The notes beneath the pieces are model-generated. The model saw nothing but the letters and a program-made list of their open reading frames with translations, was not told the DNA's origin and searched no databases. A program made the translations under genes and the position numbers. A DNA stretch of 35,984 nt from a virus (taxonomy: Duplodnaviria; Caudoviricetes), in IMG/VR virus record IMGVR_UViG_3300021124_000014, positions 1 through 35,984 of that record; one strand, 5' to 3'. This document shows, piece after piece, positions 1 through 9,219 of the stretch. How positions within the stretch are numbered: the first letter of the stretch is position 1; every line of letters begins with the position of its first letter.

Positions 1-89
1 CCCTTTCTAGCCCTATCCTACCCTTGTACCCCCACCCCCACATTTTTGAACGGGTCCCATCTGGGCGCTAGTGCGCCCTATTCCACACA

Positions 90-166
90 AAATATTCTGT
101 AAAATTTTAAAAATGGGTCCCCTAAGTATGTATATGCGCCGAAATATTCTGTAAAATTTTAAAAAT
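90..166. repeat. Perfect 25-bp direct repeat AAATATTCTGTAAAATTTTAAAAAT (90-114 and 142-166)
   Basis: Two identical copies read directly, 52 bp apart, in the non-coding region upstream of the terminase genes. Confidence 0.95.
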
Positions 167-270
167 CGCCCTATCCCCCCTGCATTTTTCCCAGCCTATA
201 TAAAAAAAACGTTACATGTAACACCCCCCATACCAAAAATAATTGGCATACTCAAAAAAAATATAGTAAT

Positions 271-906
271 ATGTGGGAACAATTTGCTTACAACCCTATG
301 GTAACGATGCAAAACATGAATGAAATGCTGGATTATAGTCCAGAGGAACCCGATGTTATTCTTCCACCTATTGAACGGGTCGACGAAGATGAAGTGCTGT
401 TCGCAAAGAACATAACATACCGTGAAGAAGTAAGGGCGCGAGCAAGGTCCGTACTGGAATTGATGGACCACGGCATGCAAGTTGATGAGAATGAGCAAAC
501 CCAACGCAACGCCACCGAGATATTTACCGAAAAAGCAGACTTAGCAACGCACGCTGAGAAGCCAGATGTGATATTACGCCTTGAGGCGATGCTAACTGAG
601 TATGACCATGAGGTTGTGCAAGAAGCAGTGCAGGTTCGGCGGTATATAATGAACCGTCTGATGGATGAGTCGATGACCGCAACCAAACCAAGCGAGAGAT
701 TGAAGGCTCTAGAGCTGCTGGGTAAGGTAACCGAGGTAGGAATGTTTACGGAACGTCAAGAAATCACCATAACACACCGCACCACATCAGAAATTGAGGA
801 GGAGTTGGAGAAAACGCTGACCCTTTTACTAAATCCAACGTCAAAAATGTACGAAGTCCCACCTGCTAATGCACAAGCAATCAAAGATATTGAAATAAAT
901 ATCTAA
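271..906 (+). CDS. Putative terminase small subunit
   Basis: 211-aa helical ORF abutting terL; 'ERLKALELLGK...VGMF' segment is typical of phage small-terminase-like proteins. The true start could be a downstream ATG (298/307). Confidence 0.6.
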   Translation: MWEQFAYNPMVTMQNMNEMLDYSPEEPDVILPPIERVDEDEVLFAKNITYREEVRARARSVLELMDHGMQVDENEQTQRNATEIFTEKADLATHAEKPDVILRLEAMLTEYDHEVVQEAVQVRRYIMNRLMDESMTATKPSERLKALELLGKVTEVGMFTERQEITITHRTTSEIEEELEKTLTLLLNPTSKMYEVPPANAQAIKDIEINI

Positions 907-2430
907 ATGAACCTAACGCATGAGCAATTACTTGACATAAAGGCGAATCTGCACAAGATTCCAGAAGCTAAACGCCCCAAAGTCTTGGAATTGCTAACGG
1001 AGTTACTGGCAAGGCAGCAAAACGACACAGCTCACATGAATTTTCTTGACTTTGTTAAGAAGGTGTGGCCCGGATGCATACTGGGTAGACATCACATCAT
1101 CATGGCGGAGAAATTTGAGGCAGTTGCACGAGGGGAAATCAAAAGATTAGCTATTTCACTGCCACCACGCCATACAAAATCAGAATTCGCATCATATTTA
1201 CTACCAGCATGGTTCTTGGGTAACTATCCAGAGAAGAAAATCATGCAGGCATCACACACTGCAGAGCTTGCGGTGAACTTCGGGCGTAAAGTCCGTAACT
1301 TAATTGACTCAGATGTATACAAAGGGATTTTCAGGGATGTTACCCTACAGACAGATAGTAAAGCGGCAGGTCGTTGGGGAACTAACAAGGGAGGAGTATA
1401 TAATGCTCTGGGTGTTGGTGCGGGTGCCGCTGGTATGGGTGCCGATATATTTATTATTGATGACCCTCATAACGAGCAGGATATTATTAATGGTAATCTA
1501 GATGTTTTTGACAAGGCTTGGGAATGGTATCAGTCAGGTCCACGTCAACGACTACAACCGGGTGGTGGAATCATCGTGGTTCACACGCGCTGGTCAAAGA
1601 AAGACTTGATTGGGAAGTTATTAGACTACGCAGAGAAGAATCCAGACGCTGACCAGTGGGAATACATAGAGTTTCCTGCTATTATTGGCGAAGGTACCGA
1701 CCATGAGGAGTCAATGTGGCCTGAGTTTTGGACATTACCTGAATTAAAGAAGATACAAAACACAATTAGCCCGCATTTATGGAATGCGCAGTATATGCAG
1801 TCACCGACATCAGAAGGTGGGGCACTAATTAAGAAAGCATGGTGGCAGATATGGGATAAAGACCGTCCGCCACAGTGTGAGTTTACAATTATGTCGCTAG
1901 ATGCGGCACAAGAGGCTACAAATCGTTCAGACTTTAACGCATTAACAACTTGGGGCGTTTTCTTTAACGAAGAAACCAATAACTATAATATAATATTGCT
2001 AAATTCTATTAAAAAGCGTATGGAATTCCCGGAACTTAAGGCTATGGTCCTTGAGGAATATAAGGAATGGCAGCCAGACTCATTTATGGTAGAGAAAAAA
2101 TCTAACGGCGCTGCTTTATATCAGGAGCTTCGAAGGATGGGTATTCCCGCGGGAGAATTTACTCCGGGCAAAGGGCAAGATAAGATTAGTCGGGTTAATG
2201 CAGTGACAGATTTGTTTTCTTCTGGAATTGTATGGGCACCAGATAGACGTTGGGCTAAGGAAGTTATTGATGAATGTAATGACTTTCCAAATGGCGAACA
2301 CGATGACTTGGTCGACTCGACGACTCTCGCGCTAATAAGATTCAGGCAGGGTGGGTTTATTCGTTTACCAAACGATGAAGCAGAAGACAGCGTACTATAT
2401 CGATATAAGAAAAAAGCAGCTTACTATTAA
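907..2430 (+). CDS. terL: Terminase large subunit
   Basis: Walker A-like 'LPPRHTKSE', Walker B 'IFIIDDP', coupling motif 'HTRW', RNase H-like nuclease 'MSLDAA...VEKKSNG...FPNGEHDDLVDS'. Confidence 0.95.
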   Translation: MNLTHEQLLDIKANLHKIPEAKRPKVLELLTELLARQQNDTAHMNFLDFVKKVWPGCILGRHHIIMAEKFEAVARGEIKRLAISLPPRHTKSEFASYLLPAWFLGNYPEKKIMQASHTAELAVNFGRKVRNLIDSDVYKGIFRDVTLQTDSKAAGRWGTNKGGVYNALGVGAGAAGMGADIFIIDDPHNEQDIINGNLDVFDKAWEWYQSGPRQRLQPGGGIIVVHTRWSKKDLIGKLLDYAEKNPDADQWEYIEFPAIIGEGTDHEESMWPEFWTLPELKKIQNTISPHLWNAQYMQSPTSEGGALIKKAWWQIWDKDRPPQCEFTIMSLDAAQEATNRSDFNALTTWGVFFNEETNNYNIILLNSIKKRMEFPELKAMVLEEYKEWQPDSFMVEKKSNGAALYQELRRMGIPAGEFTPGKGQDKISRVNAVTDLFSSGIVWAPDRRWAKEVIDECNDFPNGEHDDLVDSTTLALIRFRQGGFIRLPNDEAEDSVLYRYKKKAAYY

Positions 2431-2441
2431 AGGACATAACA

Positions 2442-5069
2442 ATGGCAATTGATAAAAGTTTATCCCAAGCTCCGCAAGGACTTGACCAGTTAGACCAGAT
2501 GGAAGAAGGACCCGCACTAGAGATTAGTATTGAGGACCCAGAGAGTGTTGAGATTGGTGTTGATGGTAAACCTATTCTTAGTATAGAAAACACCGAAGAT
2601 ACACCAGAGTTCGAAGCTAACTTAGCTGAGGAGATAGATGACCGTGTCCTAGTTACATTAGCATATGAGTTAATGGCTGACTTCGAAGACGACGTTGCTT
2701 CTCGTAAGGATTGGATACAAACATATGTAGATGGTCTTGAGCTATTAGGTTTAAAGATTGAGGAACGTTCTGAACCTTGGGAAGGCGCATGTGGTGTGTA
2801 TCACCCACTATTAAGCGAGGCTGTTGTTAAGTTCCAAGCTGAGACAATGATGGAAACGTTTCCAGCAGCAGGTCCAGTTCGTACACAAATCATTGGTAAA
2901 GCTACACCAGACAAGAAAGAAGCGGCAGCTCGTGTTGAAGAAGACATGAATTACCAGTTGACTGATGTCATGAAAGAGTTCCGCCCTGAGCATGAGCGTA
3001 TGTTATGGGGTCTAGGTCTAGCAGGTAACGCGTTCAAGAAAGTGTACTTTGACCCAGCACTAAATCGCCAAACGTCAATGTATGTTACAGCTGAAGATGT
3101 GGTAGTGCCATATGGTACATCAAGTCTTGAGTCAGCCGAACGTATTACGCATGTAATGAGAAAGACAGAAAACGATATCCGCAAGCTACAGAGCGCAGGA
3201 TTCTATCGTGATGTTGAGCTAGGTGAGCCAACATATAACTTAGATGAGGTAGAGAAAAAGATAGCTGAGAAGTTAGGCTTCCGCGCTTCTACTGATAACC
3301 GTTTTAAACTCCTAGAGATGCAAGTTGAATTAGACTTAGAAGGCTATGAGCATGAAGACGATGATGGAGAACTTACAGGGATTGCACTTCCATACATTGT
3401 AACTATTGAAGTAGGCACGGCTACAATCCTAGCTATTCGCCGTAACTGGAAACCCGACGATGAGTTTTATCAAAAACGTAACCACTTTGTCCATTATGGA
3501 TATATTCCCGGCTTTGGTTTTTATTGCTTTGGGCTTATCCATCTTATCGGTGCTTTCGCTAAGTCTGGCACTTCTCTCATTCGTCAGCTTGTTGATGCTG
3601 GCACCTTGGCTAATTTACCGGGGGGTTTTAAAACTCGTGGATTACGTGTTAAAGGTGACGATACACCGATAGCTCCCGGTGAGTTTAGAGACGTAGACGT
3701 ACCATCAGGTACAATGCGCGATAACATCATGCCATTGCCATATAAAGAACCTTCACAAGTGCTTATGGGATTATTAAGCATGATTGTGGATGAAGGTCGC
3801 AAGTTTGCTGGTGCTGCTGATATGCAAATATCAGATATGTCTGCTAACTCACCAGTAGGTACAACGCTAGCTGTATTAGAGCGCACATTGAAAATGATGA
3901 GTGCAATTCAAGCACGTATTCACTATTCAATGAAACAAGAGTTTAAGTTACTTAAAGATATCATTCGTGACTTTACTCCTGACGAATATGAGTATGACCC
4001 AGACCAAGGTGACCGCAGGGCTAAGAAAGAGGACTACGACCAAGTGTACGTATTGCCTGTATCAGACCCGAACGCAGCTACGATGGCACAGAAGGTCGTT
4101 CAATATCAAGCAGCCTTACAGCTGGCTCAGACAGCGCCACAGCTATATGATTTACCACTACTTCACAGACAGATGTTGGAAGTTTTAGGTATTAAGAATT
4201 TCCAAAAACTTGTGCCTATGGCTAGTGACTTATTGCCGACTGACCCAATCAGTGAGAATCAAAACATTCTTAAGGGTAAGCCAGTTAAAGCGTTCCTATA
4301 CCAAGACCATGTATCACATGTGCAAGTCCATCAATCAATGATGCAAGACCCACATGTACAACAATTGGTAGGCATGAACCCACAACTCGCGCAACAGTTA
4401 CAGTCTGCAATGTCAGCTCATATTATGGAGCACTTAGGCTTTGAGTATCGCAAACAAATGGAAACAGCTATGGGTGGCTCATTACCTCCATACGTTGACC
4501 CATCTGATGATAGCCAAGAGCAAGAAGTTATGCCTCCACAAATTGAGTCACAAGTTGCACAAATGGCAGCTAAAGCATCACAACAATTGTTAGGTCAACA
4601 TCAGCAAGCAGCGCAGCAAGCACAAAATGCGCAAACTGCTCAAGACCCGATTATTCAAATGCAACAACAAGAGTTACAACTTAAGCAACAAGATATACAA
4701 CGTAAAGTGGCTAAAGACCAATCTGATGCACAGTTCAAAGCACAACAGCTTGCAATTGACCAACAACGTGTAGCAGGACAACAACGTATATCTGCAGCGC
4801 AAATGGCTATAAACCATTCAAATACTACGGACAAATTACAGGCAGACCAGCGTCTGAAGGGCTTCCAAACAGCAGTAGATGTACATAAGCATCAAACTAA
4901 TATTGAGCATCAACAAGGAACGGCAGCTAATAACCAAGGGCATCAACAAGGTATGGCATTTAATGAGCAAGAGCATCAAATGAAACTGCAAGAAATGCAA
5001 CACAACCTGCAGCAAAAATTAACGGAGAAATCCGTACAACCAAAACCAAAATCACAGAAAGGTGAATAA
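2442..5069 (+). CDS. Portal protein with long Gln-rich C-terminal extension
   Basis: Directly after terL; 875 aa; 'HPLLSEAVVKFQA', 'GNAFKKVYFD', 'GFGFYCFGLIH' segments and a Q-rich helical tail reminiscent of P22-like portals. Confidence 0.85.
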   Translation: MAIDKSLSQAPQGLDQLDQMEEGPALEISIEDPESVEIGVDGKPILSIENTEDTPEFEANLAEEIDDRVLVTLAYELMADFEDDVASRKDWIQTYVDGLELLGLKIEERSEPWEGACGVYHPLLSEAVVKFQAETMMETFPAAGPVRTQIIGKATPDKKEAAARVEEDMNYQLTDVMKEFRPEHERMLWGLGLAGNAFKKVYFDPALNRQTSMYVTAEDVVVPYGTSSLESAERITHVMRKTENDIRKLQSAGFYRDVELGEPTYNLDEVEKKIAEKLGFRASTDNRFKLLEMQVELDLEGYEHEDDDGELTGIALPYIVTIEVGTATILAIRRNWKPDDEFYQKRNHFVHYGYIPGFGFYCFGLIHLIGAFAKSGTSLIRQLVDAGTLANLPGGFKTRGLRVKGDDTPIAPGEFRDVDVPSGTMRDNIMPLPYKEPSQVLMGLLSMIVDEGRKFAGAADMQISDMSANSPVGTTLAVLERTLKMMSAIQARIHYSMKQEFKLLKDIIRDFTPDEYEYDPDQGDRRAKKEDYDQVYVLPVSDPNAATMAQKVVQYQAALQLAQTAPQLYDLPLLHRQMLEVLGIKNFQKLVPMASDLLPTDPISENQNILKGKPVKAFLYQDHVSHVQVHQSMMQDPHVQQLVGMNPQLAQQLQSAMSAHIMEHLGFEYRKQMETAMGGSLPPYVDPSDDSQEQEVMPPQIESQVAQMAAKASQQLLGQHQQAAQQAQNAQTAQDPIIQMQQQELQLKQQDIQRKVAKDQSDAQFKAQQLAIDQQRVAGQQRISAAQMAINHSNTTDKLQADQRLKGFQTAVDVHKHQTNIEHQQGTAANNQGHQQGMAFNEQEHQMKLQEMQHNLQQKLTEKSVQPKPKSQKGE

Positions 5070-5260
5070 TGGACAGAAATCTTGAATTTCTTTTATCGGA
5101 GTTTAAAGACCGTATGGAAATGCTTTCCGAAGCAATACTACGCGGTAATTGCCCTACGATAGAAGAATATAGATACATATGTGGTCAGCTACGAGGACTC
5201 GAAGCCGCATGTGGAATTATTGCAGACCTCAAACAACGAATGGAGAACTCGGATGAGTAA
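5069..5260 (+). CDS. Small hypothetical protein
   Basis: 63-aa ORF coupled to the portal stop (TAATG); 'EEYRYICGQLRGL' helix. Confidence 0.75.
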   Translation: MDRNLEFLLSEFKDRMEMLSEAILRGNCPTIEEYRYICGQLRGLEAACGIIADLKQRMENSDE

Positions 5261-5687
5261 CCTAAACTTAGCCCAAGCTATCGACCTCACAGGGTTGGCA
5301 ACAAAGGCTAGACAAGATGCTTCAATAGAAGCAGAAGAAGGCGACAAAGAAAAGGCATCACAAATTCCTACCCCAACAGGCTATCACATCCTTTGTGCTA
5401 TTCCTGAAATGGAGAAAGAATACGAAAGTGGATTAGCAAAAGCTGACACAACAATGAAAATGGAAGAAGCGCTAACAACAGTATTATTTGTTGTTTCGTT
5501 GGGACCAGACGCATATAACGATGAAAAGAAATTTCCATCAGGTGCATGGTGCAAGGAAGGCGACTTTATTTTAGTTCGTCCGAATTCAGGAAGCAGATTG
5601 GTAATTCACGGTAAAGAATTCCGTTTAATTAATGATGATACCGTAGAGGCAGTAGTAGCAGAACCTCGTGGTATTCGTCGCAAATAA
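5253..5687 (+). CDS. groES: GroES-like co-chaperonin
   Basis: 'PTGYHILC..P...ESGL...VVSLGPDAY...CKEGDFIL...G....IHGKEFRLINDDTVEAVV' follows the Cpn10 pattern; start reassigned to ATG 5253 after GGAGA (5242-5246). Confidence 0.8.
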   Translation: MSNLNLAQAIDLTGLATKARQDASIEAEEGDKEKASQIPTPTGYHILCAIPEMEKEYESGLAKADTTMKMEEALTTVLFVVSLGPDAYNDEKKFPSGAWCKEGDFILVRPNSGSRLVIHGKEFRLINDDTVEAVVAEPRGIRRK

Positions 5688-5699
5688 AGGAAACATAGA

Positions 5700-6671
5700 A
5701 TGGCTAACCCAAGAAATGAAGATGAATATAAATTTCCGGATGAAATCGATAACAAAGAAGTCGATATTGAATTCGATGGCGATGAACTAGATGTTGAGAT
5801 TGTCGACGATACTCCAGAAGATGATAGGAATATCGCACCCTTAACAGAAGAAATTACAAGTGAATTAGAAGACGCAGATGAATCAGCTGACTATTCTAAA
5901 AACGTAAAGACTAAGTTTAAGCAATACAAAAAAGCTTGGCATGATGAACGTCGTGCTAAAGAGTCAGCTTTGCGAGAGCAGCAAGAAGCATTAGGAATGG
6001 CACAACGAATCCTTGACGATAACAAGCGTTTAAAAACGATGTTGCAATCAGGCGAAAAAGAATTAATAACTACATATCAAACTTCCGCTGATTTAGAACT
6101 ACAAAAAGCTAGACGTAACTATAAAGAAGCGTATGATTCAGGTGATTCCGATAGATTGTTGGAAGCGCAAGAAGAAATGCTTAGCGCATCATTTAAGGTA
6201 GATAAAGCAAAAAATTTCAAACCTACTGTACAAATAGATGAAAATGATGTACAAATACACTATCCAGTACAGAAACCTGTTCAGATGGAGCCAAAACTCG
6301 CTGAATGGTTATCCGATAATGAATGGTATGCAGACAATGACCGCGCATATTTGAAAGAATACGCTAAAAAAGTACACGGTAAGTTAGCCAATCAGTTTGG
6401 TGAATCTTATATAGGTACAGATGCATACTACAAAGTAATATCTAAGGAAGTAAAAAATCGCTTCCCCGATGAATTTGAAGGTACAGAAATACAAAACGAT
6501 GATGGCGATAAACCACAACGTACAACTAAACCAAGCACAGTAGTTGCATCCGCTAGACGTAGTGCGGGGACTAAAAAAGTCTTACTCACTAAATCGGCAC
6601 AAGCCATAGCTAAAAAGCTAGGTTTGTCAAATGAACAATATGCTGCTGCACAATCTAAATTGGAGTCTTAA
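5700..6671 (+). CDS. Putative capsid scaffolding protein
   Basis: Acidic N-terminus, long coiled coil, C-terminal 'AIAKKLGLSNEQYA' helix; lies between portal and capsid genes; RBS AAGGA. Confidence 0.65.
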   Translation: MANPRNEDEYKFPDEIDNKEVDIEFDGDELDVEIVDDTPEDDRNIAPLTEEITSELEDADESADYSKNVKTKFKQYKKAWHDERRAKESALREQQEALGMAQRILDDNKRLKTMLQSGEKELITTYQTSADLELQKARRNYKEAYDSGDSDRLLEAQEEMLSASFKVDKAKNFKPTVQIDENDVQIHYPVQKPVQMEPKLAEWLSDNEWYADNDRAYLKEYAKKVHGKLANQFGESYIGTDAYYKVISKEVKNRFPDEFEGTEIQNDDGDKPQRTTKPSTVVASARRSAGTKKVLLTKSAQAIAKKLGLSNEQYAAAQSKLES

Positions 6672-6673
6672 AA

Positions 6674-7123
6674 ATGGCTGAAAATAGAACACCTCGTGAA
6701 ATACAAACTCGTAACGCTGATGAGCGCCCTAAGCAATGGCAAGCTCCTGAGCTTCTCCCTGAACCGGATAAGCAAGCTGGTTACTCGTACAGATGGATTC
6801 GGATATCAACTTTAAATACCGTGGACCCACGTAATCTCTCTGCAAAGCTTAGAGAAGGATGGGAACCTGTTAAAGTAGAAGAACAACCAAAATTCCAATT
6901 GCTAATCGACCCAACTAGTCGTTTTAAAGACAACATTGAAATCGGTGGATTATTACTATGCAAAACCCCAACAGAATTTGTTGACCAACGTAATGCACAT
7001 TATGCTAACTTAACTCAATCTCAAACGGAAGCTGTAGATAATAATTTAATGCGTCAAAGCGACCCAAGGATGCCAATCTTTAATGAGCGGAAATCTTCAA
7101 GTAGCTTTGGTAAAGGTTCATAA
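6674..7123 (+). CDS. Head-module hypothetical protein
   Basis: 149-aa ORF with 'YRWIR...LREGWEPV...IGGLLLCK' in the head operon. Confidence 0.7.
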   Translation: MAENRTPREIQTRNADERPKQWQAPELLPEPDKQAGYSYRWIRISTLNTVDPRNLSAKLREGWEPVKVEEQPKFQLLIDPTSRFKDNIEIGGLLLCKTPTEFVDQRNAHYANLTQSQTEAVDNNLMRQSDPRMPIFNERKSSSSFGKGS

Positions 7124-7144
7124 TTTATAAATAAGGAGTCTTAA

Positions 7145-7762
7145 ATGGCTTATCCAACAGTTTCAGCGCCATATGGCCTAAAACCGATTAATTTAATCGG
7201 CGGTCAAGTGTTCGCGGGTTCTACTCGTTTGATGGAAATTGCATCAGGGTACAACACAAATATTTTCTACGGTGATTTCGTTAAACGCGTTATCGGTGGC
7301 ACTATCCAAAAAGATACAGGTACAACGGCTAATACCCCTTGTGGCGTGTTTTTAGGTGTAAGTTTCACTAATGCTTCAACAGGTCAAGTTCAACAACAAC
7401 AGTATTACCCAGCAAGTCAAGCTATTGCTACAGGTACTAAAATTTGGGCTATCGTTTGTGATGACCCTGATACATTGTTCCAAGTAGCAGTTTGTTCTTC
7501 AGGTACTACAATGGCTACAGTAACTTCTGCTGCTATCGGCACTAACATGTCAATCTTAGCAACTGCTGGTTCAACTACTTCAGGTAATTCAAGCTACTCT
7601 GTATTGAGTACTTCACCTGCTTTAACTGCAACCTTCCCAGTTCGCGTGATTGATGTTGTTCCAGCGACAGCACCATCAGGTACTACATACAGTGAAGTGA
7701 TTGTTAAAATCAACTTTGGTATTCATCAATACAATAACGCAACTGCGTTAGCTGTAGCTTAA
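7145..7762 (+). CDS. Putative capsid decoration/minor head protein
   Basis: Beta-rich, Thr/Gly/Ser-rich, strong RBS (AAGGAG), same strongly biased codon usage as the capsid gene, immediately upstream of it. Confidence 0.6.
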   Translation: MAYPTVSAPYGLKPINLIGGQVFAGSTRLMEIASGYNTNIFYGDFVKRVIGGTIQKDTGTTANTPCGVFLGVSFTNASTGQVQQQQYYPASQAIATGTKIWAIVCDDPDTLFQVAVCSSGTTMATVTSAAIGTNMSILATAGSTTSGNSSYSVLSTSPALTATFPVRVIDVVPATAPSGTTYSEVIVKINFGIHQYNNATALAVA

Positions 7763-7774
7763 GGAGATTAAATC

Positions 7775-8683
7775 ATGGCTATTTCACGTTCACAACTATT
7801 AAAAGAACTATTACCGGGATTGAACGCTTTGTTCGGTCTAGAATATGCTCGCTACGGTCAAGAGCATACTGAGATTTACGAAACTGAATCATCAGAACGT
7901 TCTTTCGAAGAAGAAACAAAATTGTCTGGCTTCTCAGCTGCTCCTGTTAAAAACGAAGGTTCTGCCATCGCTTATGACAATGCACAAGAAGCATGGACTG
8001 CTCGCTACAACCACGAAACTATTGCTCTTGGCTTCAGCTTAACTGAAGAAGCTATTGAAGATAACTTGTATGATTCTTTATCTGCTCGTTATACTAAAGG
8101 CTTAGCTCGTGCTATGGCATACACTAAACAAGTTAAGGCTGCTGCTGTTTTAAACAACGGTTTCAGTACTAACTACCCGGGTGGTGATGGTGCAGCGTTA
8201 TTCTCAGCATCTCATACCTTAGTGAATGGTGGCGTTAATAGTAACATCCCATCAACCTCAGCTGACTTGAACGAAACTTCATTGGAAAATGCAGTTATTC
8301 AAATCGCAGCTTGGACTGATGAGCGTGGTCTATTGATTGCAGCTAAACCTAAGAAACTTATCGTTCCACCAGCATTGCAATTCGTTGCAACTCGCTTGTT
8401 AGAAACTGAGTTACGTGTTGGTACTACTGACAATGACATCAATGCGTTGAAAAACAACGGTTCTGTTGCTGAAGGTTACACAATCAATCACTTCTTGACT
8501 GACACAAACGGTTGGTTCTTAACTACTGATGTTCCTAATGGTATGAAGCATTTTGTTCGTACTCCGTTGCAAAATTCAATGGACGGAGATTTTGATACGG
8601 GGAACGTACGTTACAAATCACGTGAGCGTTATTCATTCGGTTGGTCTGACCCACTAGGTATGTACGGTTCACAAGGCGCTTAA
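7775..8683 (+). CDS. Major capsid protein (HK97 fold, Mu gpT-like annotation class)
   Basis: 302 aa, strong RBS, biased codons, 'PKKLIVPPAL', 'DFDTGNVRYKSRERYSFGWSD' C-terminal motif, followed by a terminator. Confidence 0.9.
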   Translation: MAISRSQLLKELLPGLNALFGLEYARYGQEHTEIYETESSERSFEEETKLSGFSAAPVKNEGSAIAYDNAQEAWTARYNHETIALGFSLTEEAIEDNLYDSLSARYTKGLARAMAYTKQVKAAAVLNNGFSTNYPGGDGAALFSASHTLVNGGVNSNIPSTSADLNETSLENAVIQIAAWTDERGLLIAAKPKKLIVPPALQFVATRLLETELRVGTTDNDINALKNNGSVAEGYTINHFLTDTNGWFLTTDVPNGMKHFVRTPLQNSMDGDFDTGNVRYKSRERYSFGWSDPLGMYGSQGA

Positions 8684-8698
8684 AAAACGCTGGTAATA

Positions 8699-9073
8699 CT
8701 AAGGGGCTTCGGCCCCTTTTTTCTTGGCTTCAGCCCGTTCGTCATGATGATGAACACGATGGCAGTTCGCGCACAGTACAATGCACTTGTCCATAATCTC
8801 TTGAATAGCCTTAGTATATGCACCACCCTTAGTGAGTACATTAATCTTTAGGTTATCGGGATGGGGAATTAGGTGATGGAAGTCTAAAGTCGCAGGATGA
8901 TTTTCCCCACATTTGGTACAGGATAAAGACGTTTTAAATACTTGAAAGTTATTTCTGGCGCGTTCCTTTGATAGCCTACTTGATTCTTTTACACGTTCTT
9001 TATTGTCTATATAATATTGTTTTGATTTAAGCTTTTGATATGCTTTACGTTTTTCAATATCTTTAAAGGGCAT
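8699..9073 (-). CDS. HNH endonuclease (free-standing, antisense)
   Basis: 'CTKCGENHPATLDFHH...KCIVLCANCHRVHH' zinc-binding HNH motif; the only credible minus-strand gene. Confidence 0.9.
   Translation of the reverse strand: MPFKDIEKRKAYQKLKSKQYYIDNKERVKESSRLSKERARNNFQVFKTSLSCTKCGENHPATLDFHHLIPHPDNLKINVLTKGGAYTKAIQEIMDKCIVLCANCHRVHHHDERAEAKKKGAEAP
8701..8722 (+). terminator. Rho-independent terminator after the major capsid gene
   Basis: AAGGGGC-TTCG-GCCCCTT hairpin with cUUCGg tetraloop followed by a T6 run. Confidence 0.9.
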
Positions 9074-9093
9074 AATTCAATCCATAATATTAG

Positions 9094-9122
9094 TTGACAC
9101 ACCGAATATAACATAGTATAAA
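9094..9122 (+). promoter_or_regulatory. Sigma70-type promoter
   Basis: TTGACA (9094-9099), 17-bp spacer, TATAAA (9117-9122) in an intergenic gap downstream of the capsid terminator. Confidence 0.75.
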
Positions 9123-9134
9123 TGCACATATCAA

Positions 9135-9207
9135 CCGGGAAACTAAATCCGGCTTATTAGACCGTCCCGGCGGGCACATACAAGACTAATAGGCTTTACT
9201 TTGTATG
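9135..9207 (+). ncRNA. Candidate structured (pseudoknotted) leader RNA
   Basis: Interleaved complementary segments 9135-9140/9165-9170, 9152-9160/9186-9194, 9177-9184/9200-9207, ending right at the RBS AAGGA (9208-9212). Confidence 0.6.
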
Positions 9208-9219
9208 AAGGAAAATATT

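Noticed and set aside
90-166. Mini CRISPR array
   Set aside because: Only two AT-rich repeats with one 27-bp spacer, no cas genes; better explained as protein-binding sites.
243-272. TTGGCA-N18-TAATAT promoter for the terminase genes
   Set aside because: The -10 overlaps the annotated ATG and the region is AT-rich, so chance matches are likely; cannot be supported without start-site data.
9135-9207. Assignment of the leader to guanidine-III riboswitch or HDV-like ribozyme
   Set aside because: Pseudoknot topology is loosely similar, but I could not place the conserved ligand-binding or catalytic nucleotides and helix order of those families.
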